From Armatimonadota bacterium (GTDB taxonomy: Bacteria > Armatimonadota > SYMT01), in the NCBI GenBank assembly GCA_041690135.1, contig JAWLHY010000002.1, forward strand, positions 160,001 through 224,000: a stretch of 64,000 bases of DNA, written 5' to 3'. The notes under the pieces were generated by a model. That model ran no database searches. It was not told the origin of the DNA and worked only from the letters and a program-made list of their open reading frames with translations. Position numbers and translations under genes: made by a program. Each line of letters starts with the position of its first letter. Positions within the stretch are counted from its first letter, which is position 1. Positions 29,284 to 37,389 of this stretch are shown in pieces.

Positions 29284-30849
29284 CTACTCCCTCGCCGGCT
29301 TCTGACCTTTCCGGATATCCACCGGGGTGTCGTTCTTCTGGGCGGATCCGGGGGTGCTGCGGCCGCGGTCGGCATAGGCCTGCAGCAGCTTCGTGAGGCG
29401 CTCGACCACCTCGGGATGCTCGGCCTGCAGGTTCTTTCGCTCGCCGATATCCCGGCTCAGGTCGTAGAGCTGTACCTTCGGAAGCTGGGAGGTATCGTCC
29501 TTGCCCGGGCGGGGCGCGCTCCAGCCGCCGGAGCCGGGGCAGAGGGCGAGCTTCCATTTCCCCTGCCGGATGGCGAAGGAGCCGTTGATGGAGTGATGCA
29601 CCGTCGCTTCCCGGACCGGCGCCTTCGCGGTTCCGGTGAGCGCAGGGAGAATACTGACGCTGTCTTCCCCCGCGTGGTCCGGCAGCTTCGCCCCCACGAG
29701 GTCGGCGCAGGTCGCCATCAGGTCCGTCAGGCAGATTGTCTCCTCGCTCTGCGCGCCGGCCTTCACCTGGCCTGGCCAGCGCACGATGAACGGCACCCGG
29801 TGCCCACCCTCAAAGATATCCGCCTTATGGCCGCGGAAAACGTGGCTGGGGTTGTGGCCTTTCCCCAGCAACTCGGGATAGTTCGCCTGCGGAGAGCAGC
29901 CGTTGTCGCTGGTAAAGACGACCAGGGTGTTCTTCGCGGCGCCCGTCCGCTCCAGGGCCTCCATCACCTGGCCCACAACCTGGTCGGTCTGGATGGTGAA
30001 GTCGGCGTAGGAGTTCAGGCCGCTCTTCCCCGCGAACTCCGGGGTGGGCGCGATGGGGGTATGGGGCGAGTTGAGCGGCAGGTAGAGGAAGAACGGCTTC
30101 CCTGTCCGGCTGCGGCGCTCGATGTATTCCACGGACTTTCGGCCCAGGGTCGGCAGCACGTCCACCGCTTCGAAGTCGGCATGCGCGGGGCCTTTGCGCA
30201 GGAAGGTCTTCTCGGTGGTCGGGACCCCCTCTGTCCGGTCGTTCCGGATCCAGAGGTACGGGGGCATGTCAAGCGAGGCGCTGATGCCGTAGAACTCGTC
30301 GAACCCGGCGGTGACCGGCGCGTGGCGGATGGGGCGAGTGTAGTCCACCTGCTCCGGAGGGGCTTCTTCCCGCCCGGTCGCGGGCGTCTCCTCGCCCTTG
30401 AGCGACCAGTCCATCCCCAGGTGCCACTTACCGACCGCCGCGGTGTGGTAACCGTGGCGCTTCAGCAGCGCGGGGACGGTGAGACGATCCGGCGCGATCA
30501 GGTGACCCGAGTAGCCGAAGAGAACCCCACTCTTCAGGCGGGTGCGCCAGGCGTAGCGGCCCGTGAGCACCCCGTAGCGCGTGGGCGTGCAAACCGCCGA
30601 GCCGGAGTGGGCGTCGGTGAAGGTCATCCCCTGTGCGGCCAGGCGGTCGACGTGGGGCGTCTTGATCTTCGACTGCGGCTTCAGGCAGGAGACATCGCCG
30701 TAGCCGAGATCATCGGCCAGGATGTACACGATATTCGGCCGCTCCGCTTTGCCGCGAGACGGCTTCCCGCCTTCCGCGGCGGCCACCGACCCCACCACGC
30801 AGAGCGCTATCGCTCCGACCCAGGTTCGCACCATCGTTCGTCTCCCCAC
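29284..30849 (-). CDS. Arylsulfatase (Cys-type)
   Basis: PNIV.ILADDLGYGD, CTPTR..LTGRY, GKWHLG, FTSDNG, EGGHRVP. Confidence 0.95.
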   Translation of the reverse strand: MGRRTMVRTWVGAIALCVVGSVAAAEGGKPSRGKAERPNIVYILADDLGYGDVSCLKPQSKIKTPHVDRLAAQGMTFTDAHSGSAVCTPTRYGVLTGRYAWRTRLKSGVLFGYSGHLIAPDRLTVPALLKRHGYHTAAVGKWHLGMDWSLKGEETPATGREEAPPEQVDYTRPIRHAPVTAGFDEFYGISASLDMPPYLWIRNDRTEGVPTTEKTFLRKGPAHADFEAVDVLPTLGRKSVEYIERRSRTGKPFFLYLPLNSPHTPIAPTPEFAGKSGLNSYADFTIQTDQVVGQVMEALERTGAAKNTLVVFTSDNGCSPQANYPELLGKGHNPSHVFRGHKADIFEGGHRVPFIVRWPGQVKAGAQSEETICLTDLMATCADLVGAKLPDHAGEDSVSILPALTGTAKAPVREATVHHSINGSFAIRQGKWKLALCPGSGGWSAPRPGKDDTSQLPKVQLYDLSRDIGERKNLQAEHPEVVERLTKLLQAYADRGRSTPGSAQKNDTPVDIRKGQKPARE

Positions 30850-30995
30850 CGTTTCACGCCCCTTCAGGCACTGCCAAAGACGAGAGACGGTTCACCTGTG
30901 TTGCAACGGAATCCTGTTGCCGCACGGGGAAGCCGTCTCTCGCAGCGGACTTCACGATTCGAACCGGGGCTGTGAACCCTTCCGGTAGAGAGGCC

Positions 30996-31754
30996 TCAGA
31001 GCGACATCCCGCCGTCGATCATGGTGTGGGTGCCGGTGACGTAGCCGCTCTCGTCGGAAGCGAGGTAGAGGGCCAGGGCGGCGATCTCTTCGGCCTTGCC
31101 GATGCGCCCCATCGGCTGGCGGGCAATGAATTGGGAAAGGGCGGTCTCGTAGTCGCCGGTCGCCCGGAGCCGCGCCTGGAGGGAGGGGGTGTCGACGGTG
31201 CCGGGGCAGATGGCGTTGATCCGGATCCCGTCGGCGATGAAGTCGATGGCCACGCTCTTCACCAGGCCCACCACGGCCGCTTTGCTGGCGGAGTAGGCGG
31301 CGCGGTTCTTTACGCCGATGATCCCCGCCACGCTGGCGGTGCAGACGATGGAGCCGCCGCCGTTCGCCTTCATCACCGGGACGGCGTGGCGACAGGCCTG
31401 GAAGACGCTGTTGACGTTGATCCGCATGCAGCGGTCCCACTCCTCCTCGGAGATCTCCAGGACGGTGCCGCCCGGCACAACGCCGGCGTTGGCGTAGAAG
31501 ACATCCAGCTTGCCGTACCGCTCGACGGTCAGGCGCACCAGGTTCTCCACGGAGGCGCTGTCGGCCGCGTCGCACCGGACGAAGAACGCCTCGCCCCCGG
31601 CTTCGCGCACGAGGCGGACGGTCTCCTCGGTCGTGGTCTCGTCCAGGTCGGCGCAGACGATCCGGGCTCCTTCGCGGGCGAACAGGAGGGACGAAGCGCG
31701 CCCGATGCCGGCGCCGGCTCCGGTGATGATAGCTACCTTATTCTCGAGTCTCAT
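30996..31754 (-). CDS. SDR family oxidoreductase
   Basis: TGAGAGIG, NAG, YSASK, NAICPG. Confidence 0.93.
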   Translation of the reverse strand: MRLENKVAIITGAGAGIGRASSLLFAREGARIVCADLDETTTEETVRLVREAGGEAFFVRCDAADSASVENLVRLTVERYGKLDVFYANAGVVPGGTVLEISEEEWDRCMRINVNSVFQACRHAVPVMKANGGGSIVCTASVAGIIGVKNRAAYSASKAAVVGLVKSVAIDFIADGIRINAICPGTVDTPSLQARLRATGDYETALSQFIARQPMGRIGKAEEIAALALYLASDESGYVTGTHTMIDGGMSL

Positions 31755-31779
31755 TTGGCGGTGTCCTGGTGCAGCGTTT

Positions 31780-31856
31780 GCAGGTTGGAAGGTTGAAAGT
31801 GGAAGGTTGAAGGTTGGAAGCGCCCCTCGGGGGCCAGGGGGTGAAAGCTGGAAAGC
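31780..31856 (-). repeat. TTCAACC-type heptamer repeats with a diverged hairpin insert
   Basis: GGTTGGAA GGTTGAA AGTGGAA GGTTGAA GGTTGGAA followed by GCGCCCCTCGGGGGCCAGG. Confidence 0.6.
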
Positions 31857-32146
31857 AACATGGCTCTTGCCAATGTGCTTTCTTCTGTGAACGAGCCGGT
31901 GTAGGGCGGGATGCTCTGTCACCGCCTGGCCATGTCTCCGCAGACGTCCTGCCGTGTGGGCGTGCCCTTGTTTACGGGAAGACGAGCCCTGTTATGGATG
32001 ATCCGTGCCGAAACCTGTCCCTGCTTACCTGACGATGTCCCCTGCGGGACGGGAGGCTTTCTCAACAAAGGTTAGCACGTTCGCGCGGTGGCGGGGGAGG
32101 AGTTGGCGCTACGGATCTGTCAATGCGTAGCTGCTTTGTTGTGCCC

Positions 32147-32214
32147 AGCCGACGCAGGTTTACGCCCCGAGGGGGTGTCGGCTTTGCCGTTTGTAGCCGC
32201 GAGTTCACTCGCCC
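32147..32214 (+). repeat. REP-like double hairpin carrying a nested 19-nt insert
   Basis: AGCCGACGCAGG[TTTACGCCCCGAGGGGGTG]TCGGCT...GTAGCCGCGAGTTCACTCGCC; an uninterrupted relative lies on the minus strand at 59628-59677. Confidence 0.7.
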
Positions 32215-32242
32215 AGCCGAAGCGTTTGTTCCCTCGCATTCC

Positions 32243-35008
32243 CTACGTTGCTTCACCGGAGTCGCCGGTCTCCTGCTTGCAGAGGCAACACAGGCGCAGC
32301 AGGTGCAGCTCGGGGTAGGGGACCCGGCCCTCGAGAGCTTCGTTGACCGGCCCCAACCGCTCGTGGCCAAGGCGATGGAAGAGCGCCAGAACACGGTCCC
32401 GGTCCTCCGGGGAGAGGCTGCATTCGGCGAGGAGGGGTTCGGGGTCGAGGGTGCCGCCCGCGCGCACGTACTTGTAGAGGTTGGTGAGGATGGTGTTGCG
32501 GGTCACGTTCCAGCGCTCCTGGAGTTCCTCCACGGTGGCGCCGGCGCGGTAGGCCTCGCCGACTTCGAAGCAGCGTCGGCCCTCGATAGAGGCCAGGCCC
32601 GTGGGCTCTGCAAGAGCCGGAACACCGTGTTCCTCGATGTGGGCGCGGATGGCCTCCAGGAACGGCTCTCCGTAGACGGCCGCCTTGCGCTCCCCCACCC
32701 CATTGATTTGCAGGAAAGCGGCTCGGCTCTGCGGGCATGTCCGGGCCATCTCCGTGAGGGTCCGGTCGGAGAAGACCATGAAAGGGGCCAGCCCGGCAGT
32801 ATCGGCGAGCTCTTTGCGAAGGCGCCGCAGGGAGGCGAAGAGGAGCGGGTCGCATTCCGGGGCATCGCCGGTGGGGCGGGTCGTGCGCGGCTCGTCCAGG
32901 ATTACGAGCACCGGCTCGCCGGCCAGGGCGCGGCGACCGCCATCGGCGACGCGGAGGGTGCCGTGCTCCATCTCCACTTCGACGAGACCCAATTCGATGA
33001 ACCGGTCGGCCAGGCGGCGCCAGGTCTCCGCGGAGCGGTTACGGCCCGACCCGTGAGCCGCCAGGCGGTCGTGTTTCCACCGCAGCACGGCGGCGGACTG
33101 CGAGCCGCGGAGCACGTCGATGACATGCCCGCGCCCGAACCGCTCGCCGGTTTGCTGCAGGCACGCCAGGAAGAGGCGAGCGTCCTCGGATACATCGACC
33201 GGGGTGCGACCTCCCGCCTCGGAGCGGCAGTTGTCGCACATCCCGCAGGGGTCGGCCGGGGGTTCGTCCCCGAAGTAACGCAGGAGGGTGACGCGCCGGC
33301 AAGTAGTTGATTCAGCGAAGCGGACCATCGCCTGCAACCGGGCGGTGCGCCCCGCTCGTTCCGCGGGATTGCCTTCCAGAATCAGGTGATAGCGCGTCGC
33401 CATATCGGCGCCGCTGAAGAGGAGGAGGCAGTCCGACCGGAGCCCGTCGCGGCCGGCCCGCCCGACCTGCTGGTAGTACGTCTCCAGGCACTCGGGCAAC
33501 GCGTAGTGGGCGACAAACCGCACGTTGGACTTGTTGATGCCCATTCCGAAGGCGACGGTCGCCACCATCACCGTCACCTCATCGCGCTGGAAGAGTTGCT
33601 GATTCTCGCGGCGGACCGCATCCTCTAAGCCGGCGTGGTACGGCAGCGCCCGGATTCCCGCCTTCTGGAGGTGCTGCGTCAGGTCTTCCACCTGTTTCCG
33701 GGTGTTGCAGTAGATGATTCCCGCCTGATCGGGATACGCCGCCAGGAACTCCCGTAGTTGGGCATGCGCATCGCCCCGGCGGCAGGCTTCCAGGAAGAGG
33801 TTGGGCCGATCGAAGCCGGCCACAAAGGTGTGCTCCGGAGCGATCCCCAGGATCTTGCGGATGTCCTCGCGCACGCGTTCGGTCGCGGTGGCGGTGAGCG
33901 CCAGGCACACGGCCCGGGGGAAACGGTCTCGCACGGCGCGGATCTGCCGGTACTCGGGGCGGAAATCGTGACCCCACTCCGAAATACAATGGGCTTCGTC
34001 CACCGTCAGACAGCAGACACGGCTCTCTTCCAGGAGAACCTGAATGTCCTCACGCATCAGGGTTTCCGGGGCCACGTACAGGAGCTTTGCCTCACCGCTC
34101 CGCACCTGCCGAACGTTATCGCGGTAGGCGGCGGGGGTGAGCGTGCTGTTGAGCGTCACCGCGGCCACGCCCACCTCGCGGAGTTGGTCCACCTGGTCCT
34201 GCATCAGGGACAGCAGCGGAGAGATGACGACCGTAAGCCCCTCCCAGAGGAGTGCCGGAAGCTGGTAACAGAGCGACTTGCCCGCACCGGTCGGCATGAT
34301 GCCCAGGGTGTCTTTCCCGTCCAGGACGCTGCCGATGATCCGCTCCTGAAACGGGCGCAGCTCGGGATACCCGAAGACCCGCTGCAGCACCTGGCGCGCG
34401 GCTTCCAGGCTGGGGGTCGTCGGCGGCGGGGTCGTCGGCGGCGGTTCCGCAGGGGCTTCCGGCGGAGGAGGCGGCTCGCCGAAGAGGTCCATCTGACCGC
34501 CGGTGAGACGCTCGATCACCTCTTCGTGCGTGCGGGGACAGCCTTCCTCATCCAGATGGGTGACCGGGATCCCCAACTCCCGCAGCGAAACGCCGATCAG
34601 ATGGGTCCGGTGACATTCCTCCGGTCGGCCCTCACTGCACATCAGGGCCACGGCCATCCGCTGTGCGGAGGCGCGCCGGAGCCGGTCGATGCCGCGCTGG
34701 TAAGACTCCTTCTCGCGCACCCGGCCGTAGTCGATCCTGTCGTCCACCCAGCAGTCCGGGTCTTCCGGGCGCCCGCCGAGGGCATTCCCCAGGTAGACGT
34801 ACCGGAGGCCCCGCTCGGTCAACGCCGCCTCGAGGGCCGGGCGCGAGAACTCGGGCCGGAACCGGGAAGCCGGCACGGAACGCACGTCCACCAGGCAGGT
34901 GATTCCATGCTCCCGCAGGAGCGCCACCAGTTCCTCGAAGGTGCGGCTGCCGTACCCCAGGGTGTAGATCTGTCCCGGCCCGTCCAACGGAATTACCCCT
35001 CGTCGCAA
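32243..35008 (-). CDS. recQ: DUF488-RecQ helicase fusion (DUF488 + Pro linker + DEAH helicase + Zn/RQC + HRDC + C-terminal HTH)
   Basis: IYTLGYG, LVDVRS.P.S, LGGRP, LMCSE...CHR; then MPTGAGKSLCYQLP, DEAHCISEWGHDFRPEY, ATVAFGMGI, YYQQVGRAGRDG, CRR..LL.YFG, CGMCDNC, VFSD.TL.EM; alternative TTG start at 34987. Confidence 0.92.
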   Translation of the reverse strand: MRRGVIPLDGPGQIYTLGYGSRTFEELVALLREHGITCLVDVRSVPASRFRPEFSRPALEAALTERGLRYVYLGNALGGRPEDPDCWVDDRIDYGRVREKESYQRGIDRLRRASAQRMAVALMCSEGRPEECHRTHLIGVSLRELGIPVTHLDEEGCPRTHEEVIERLTGGQMDLFGEPPPPPEAPAEPPPTTPPPTTPSLEAARQVLQRVFGYPELRPFQERIIGSVLDGKDTLGIMPTGAGKSLCYQLPALLWEGLTVVISPLLSLMQDQVDQLREVGVAAVTLNSTLTPAAYRDNVRQVRSGEAKLLYVAPETLMREDIQVLLEESRVCCLTVDEAHCISEWGHDFRPEYRQIRAVRDRFPRAVCLALTATATERVREDIRKILGIAPEHTFVAGFDRPNLFLEACRRGDAHAQLREFLAAYPDQAGIIYCNTRKQVEDLTQHLQKAGIRALPYHAGLEDAVRRENQQLFQRDEVTVMVATVAFGMGINKSNVRFVAHYALPECLETYYQQVGRAGRDGLRSDCLLLFSGADMATRYHLILEGNPAERAGRTARLQAMVRFAESTTCRRVTLLRYFGDEPPADPCGMCDNCRSEAGGRTPVDVSEDARLFLACLQQTGERFGRGHVIDVLRGSQSAAVLRWKHDRLAAHGSGRNRSAETWRRLADRFIELGLVEVEMEHGTLRVADGGRRALAGEPVLVILDEPRTTRPTGDAPECDPLLFASLRRLRKELADTAGLAPFMVFSDRTLTEMARTCPQSRAAFLQINGVGERKAAVYGEPFLEAIRAHIEEHGVPALAEPTGLASIEGRRCFEVGEAYRAGATVEELQERWNVTRNTILTNLYKYVRAGGTLDPEPLLAECSLSPEDRDRVLALFHRLGHERLGPVNEALEGRVPYPELHLLRLCCLCKQETGDSGEAT

Positions 35009-35147
35009 AGGTGTATCTTAACACCTTTCGGCAGGAGCGAGTTGCTCGCCTTCCCTGGGTGCGGCAGGCGGGCTGCAGGCAAAAACCGGCCAGCCAACCC
35101 CCTTCTTGATAGTATTACCCGGCTACGCAACTGTGTCAGGGAGTAGC

Positions 35148-35756
35148 GTGTTGCTCGATCCTCACGCTCCTCGAAAACCCAAGGCTCTGGTGGTACTCCT
35201 TCCACACCCAGAATACAACCGACTTGCTCGCACGCTTCGAGCATTGATCGTCGAGGCGATACCGTGGCAGGGCGAGGTTTATCGCTTTGTCTCGCCCCAA
35301 TATGCCGGGACAGACGATCTCATATCCGGTATAGGCAGCAGTCTCCACGGGGCACGCTGGAATGCACAAGGATCCTTCCCCGCCATCTATGGAAGCCTGG
35401 CACCGGAAACACCCCTAAAAGAAACCCAAGCTTACAGCCAACGGCATGGGTTTCCTCTGGCGCGGAGCCTGCCGCGCACTTTGGCGGCTATTCAGATTGA
35501 CTTGCAGGCGGTGCTGGATCTCACAAACGGAACCGTGCGGCGGCGGATTAAGGTGTCCAATCTCCGGATGCATGCAGAACCCTGGTGGATCTTACAGGCC
35601 GCAGGTCGGGAAGCCTTGACGCAGGCGGTTGGCCGGGCAGCATACGAAGCCGGCTTCGAGGGTATGCTCGTCCCCTGCGTGCCGGCTCGCGGCGAGGTTA
35701 ATCTGGTGGTGTTCCCCGACAACCTTCGCCCGGGCAGTGCTGTTGTGGCCCTGTGA
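35148..35756 (+). CDS. RES-domain toxin (putative NAD+-consuming)
   Basis: YR, GARWN, IYGSL.PET.L.E, TQ.VG.AA...GFEG.LVP, NLVVFP.NL; GTG start after AGGGAG. Confidence 0.85.
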   Translation: MLLDPHAPRKPKALVVLLPHPEYNRLARTLRALIVEAIPWQGEVYRFVSPQYAGTDDLISGIGSSLHGARWNAQGSFPAIYGSLAPETPLKETQAYSQRHGFPLARSLPRTLAAIQIDLQAVLDLTNGTVRRRIKVSNLRMHAEPWWILQAAGREALTQAVGRAAYEAGFEGMLVPCVPARGEVNLVVFPDNLRPGSAVVAL

Positions 35757-35819
35757 GAATCGCTGAAACGCGGAAGCTGCAGATCAGAGTGCAGATCTGC
35801 AACTTCTGGCCGCAAACCC

Positions 35820-35828
35820 GGGTATAAT
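35820..35828 (+). promoter_or_regulatory. Putative -10 box for the antitoxin gene
   Basis: GGGTATAAT about 40 nt before the TTG start at 35870. Confidence 0.45.
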
Positions 35829-35869
35829 CCATTCGGAATGGGATCATCAGGCATACGGAATTAGCAGAA

Positions 35870-36316
35870 TTGAATTCACGCACTGTAGAGAAGCCAAAGC
35901 GCAGGAGCCGGGAGAGCACCGAACGCTGCGAATCTCCGACACTTGAGGTTCCGCACGGTCGGACAGAGTCGACGGCGCTCGAAATCCCGCCAAACGAGGA
36001 ACTCGTTCGGGCAATACGGGAGGGGCTTGGGCTGACCCGGCGGGACTTCGCTCGTATGACCGGCTACTCCGAACGAGCCATCGCCGCGTGGGAAACCGGC
36101 GCGCCTCTAAGTGGACCGAGTCGCCAACGGATGTTGGAGATGCAGGCGCTCCAGAAGGCCCTCAGTTCGCTGGCCGAGCCGGGCGGGATAGGTCCGTGGC
36201 TTCTTCGTCCCAACGATGGGTTCGGCGGCCTGAAGCCGTTGGAAGTAGTGGAACGGGGGGAAATCCACCGTCTCTGGCAACTGGTGTTCTGGCTCGAATC
36301 GGGCGTTCCGAGCTGA
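35870..36316 (+). CDS. Xre-HTH + Xre/MbcA/ParS C-terminal antitoxin
   Basis: IRE.LGLT...FA...G.S...I..WE.G HTH; WL..PN..F.G.KPL. Confidence 0.85.
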   Translation: MNSRTVEKPKRRSRESTERCESPTLEVPHGRTESTALEIPPNEELVRAIREGLGLTRRDFARMTGYSERAIAAWETGAPLSGPSRQRMLEMQALQKALSSLAEPGGIGPWLLRPNDGFGGLKPLEVVERGEIHRLWQLVFWLESGVPS

Positions 36317-36386
36317 ACTTCAACCTTTAGCCCCGAGAGCTTCAACCCTGCCCCCGAGGTAGGACTATTTGGCCTCCCTCACAGCA

Positions 36387-36494
36387 GGCTGCTCTGTCGC
36401 CCTTTCAGGGCTGTTGTGTACGGCCGCCAGGTCCGGGGGTTACACCCCCCTGCCCGCATGCGGGCGCCCGTCTCTCTTCGCCCCTCCGGGGCTA
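36387..36494 (-). repeat. Composite REP-like element (copy 2)
   Basis: Reverse complement matches 1857-1972; the central hairpin carries an extra GCCCGCATGCGGGC palindrome. Confidence 0.75.
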
Positions 36495-36551
36495 TCGGCG
36501 GGCACTGACCAGAAGCTGCCCCGCCCGTCCCCAGGGCAGGGTTCGGTCGTG

Positions 36552-36676
36552 AACCTTCAGCCTTCCAACCTTCAGCCTTCCAACCTTCAGCCTTCCAACC
36601 TTCAGCCTTCCAACCTTCAGCCTTCCAACCTTCCACCTTCCAACCTTCCACCTTCCAACCTGCTAACTTTCCAACC
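36552..36676. repeat. 15-bp tandem repeat AACCTTC(AG/CA)CCTTCC, about 8 units
   Basis: 5 exact AACCTTCAGCCTTCC, 2 AACCTTCCACCTTCC and a degenerate tail. Confidence 0.92.
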
Positions 36677-36692
36677 CAGCTACCACCCCTGT

Positions 36693-37109
36693 TCACCCCA
36701 GTTCCCCATGCTCCACGGGGCGGCCCTGCATCAGCTTGGCGGTGGCGGTGGCAAGCAGGGTGCCGCCGGCATCGCGGAGTTCCGCGCGACAGTGGACGAT
36801 GCGGCGCTGGCGCTCGGTGACCTCGGCGGTCACGGTGAGGGTCTGGTCGGTGGGGGCGGGCTTGCTGTAGCGGACCGTCAACTCCGCGGTGGCGGCCCAG
36901 TGGCCGAGGGAGACGGCGGCGTAGACCATCGCCTCGTCCAGAAGCGCCGCGACGATCCCGCCGTGGGAAACGCCGGTATAACCCTGGTGCTCCGCGCGCG
37001 GCTGGTAGGTCCCGGTGGCCTTCCCCTCCGTGGTGGTGAACGTGGCTTTCAGCCCCTCCGGGTTATCGGGCCCGCATACGAAGCAGTAACGGTCAATGTC
37101 GAGGCGCAT
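36693..37109 (-). CDS. PaaI-family (hotdog) thioesterase
   Basis: CFVCG..NP.GL, HQGY.G..HGG....LLDE. Confidence 0.9.
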   Translation of the reverse strand: MRLDIDRYCFVCGPDNPEGLKATFTTTEGKATGTYQPRAEHQGYTGVSHGGIVAALLDEAMVYAAVSLGHWAATAELTVRYSKPAPTDQTLTVTAEVTERQRRIVHCRAELRDAGGTLLATATAKLMQGRPVEHGELG

Positions 37110-37192
37110 AGTCAGGTGTTCGGGTGGTCAGGTGTTCGGGTGGTCGGCCCCCTGTGGGGGGGTAAATGTTCGGGTGGTCAGGCGGTCGGGTG
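37110..37192 (-). repeat. Octamer repeats (CCCGAACA/CCTGACCA) with a 19-nt hairpin insert
   Basis: Insert TTTACCCCCCCACAGGGGG at 37148-37166 (minus strand). Confidence 0.75.
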
Positions 37193-37389
37193 GAAGTAAC
37201 AGCGGGATGCTGGTCAACGGACCAACTTCTGCCCCAGACCTCACGTATCACGCCCACGTCTGAGGCGAAATCTCTGCCCTCGCAGCCGCCTCGCACGTAA
37301 GCATCACGTTTCGCGCCTCACGGACCGACGCGAAGCCCCCCTCTCGCACCCACACCCTCCCCAGGTACGTAAACCTCACGCATTACGCA

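Noticed and set aside
26298-29375. Extended N-termini in the ORF track (GH106, DUF7003-like, macro, SDR, glcE, DUF1080 and others)
   Set aside because: Upstream extensions overlap neighbouring genes or repeats; downstream starts with an RBS or signal peptide fit better.
36369-37199. ORF with NLQPS pentapeptide repeats
   Set aside because: Translation of an intergenic 15-bp DNA repeat plus the antisense of the thioesterase.
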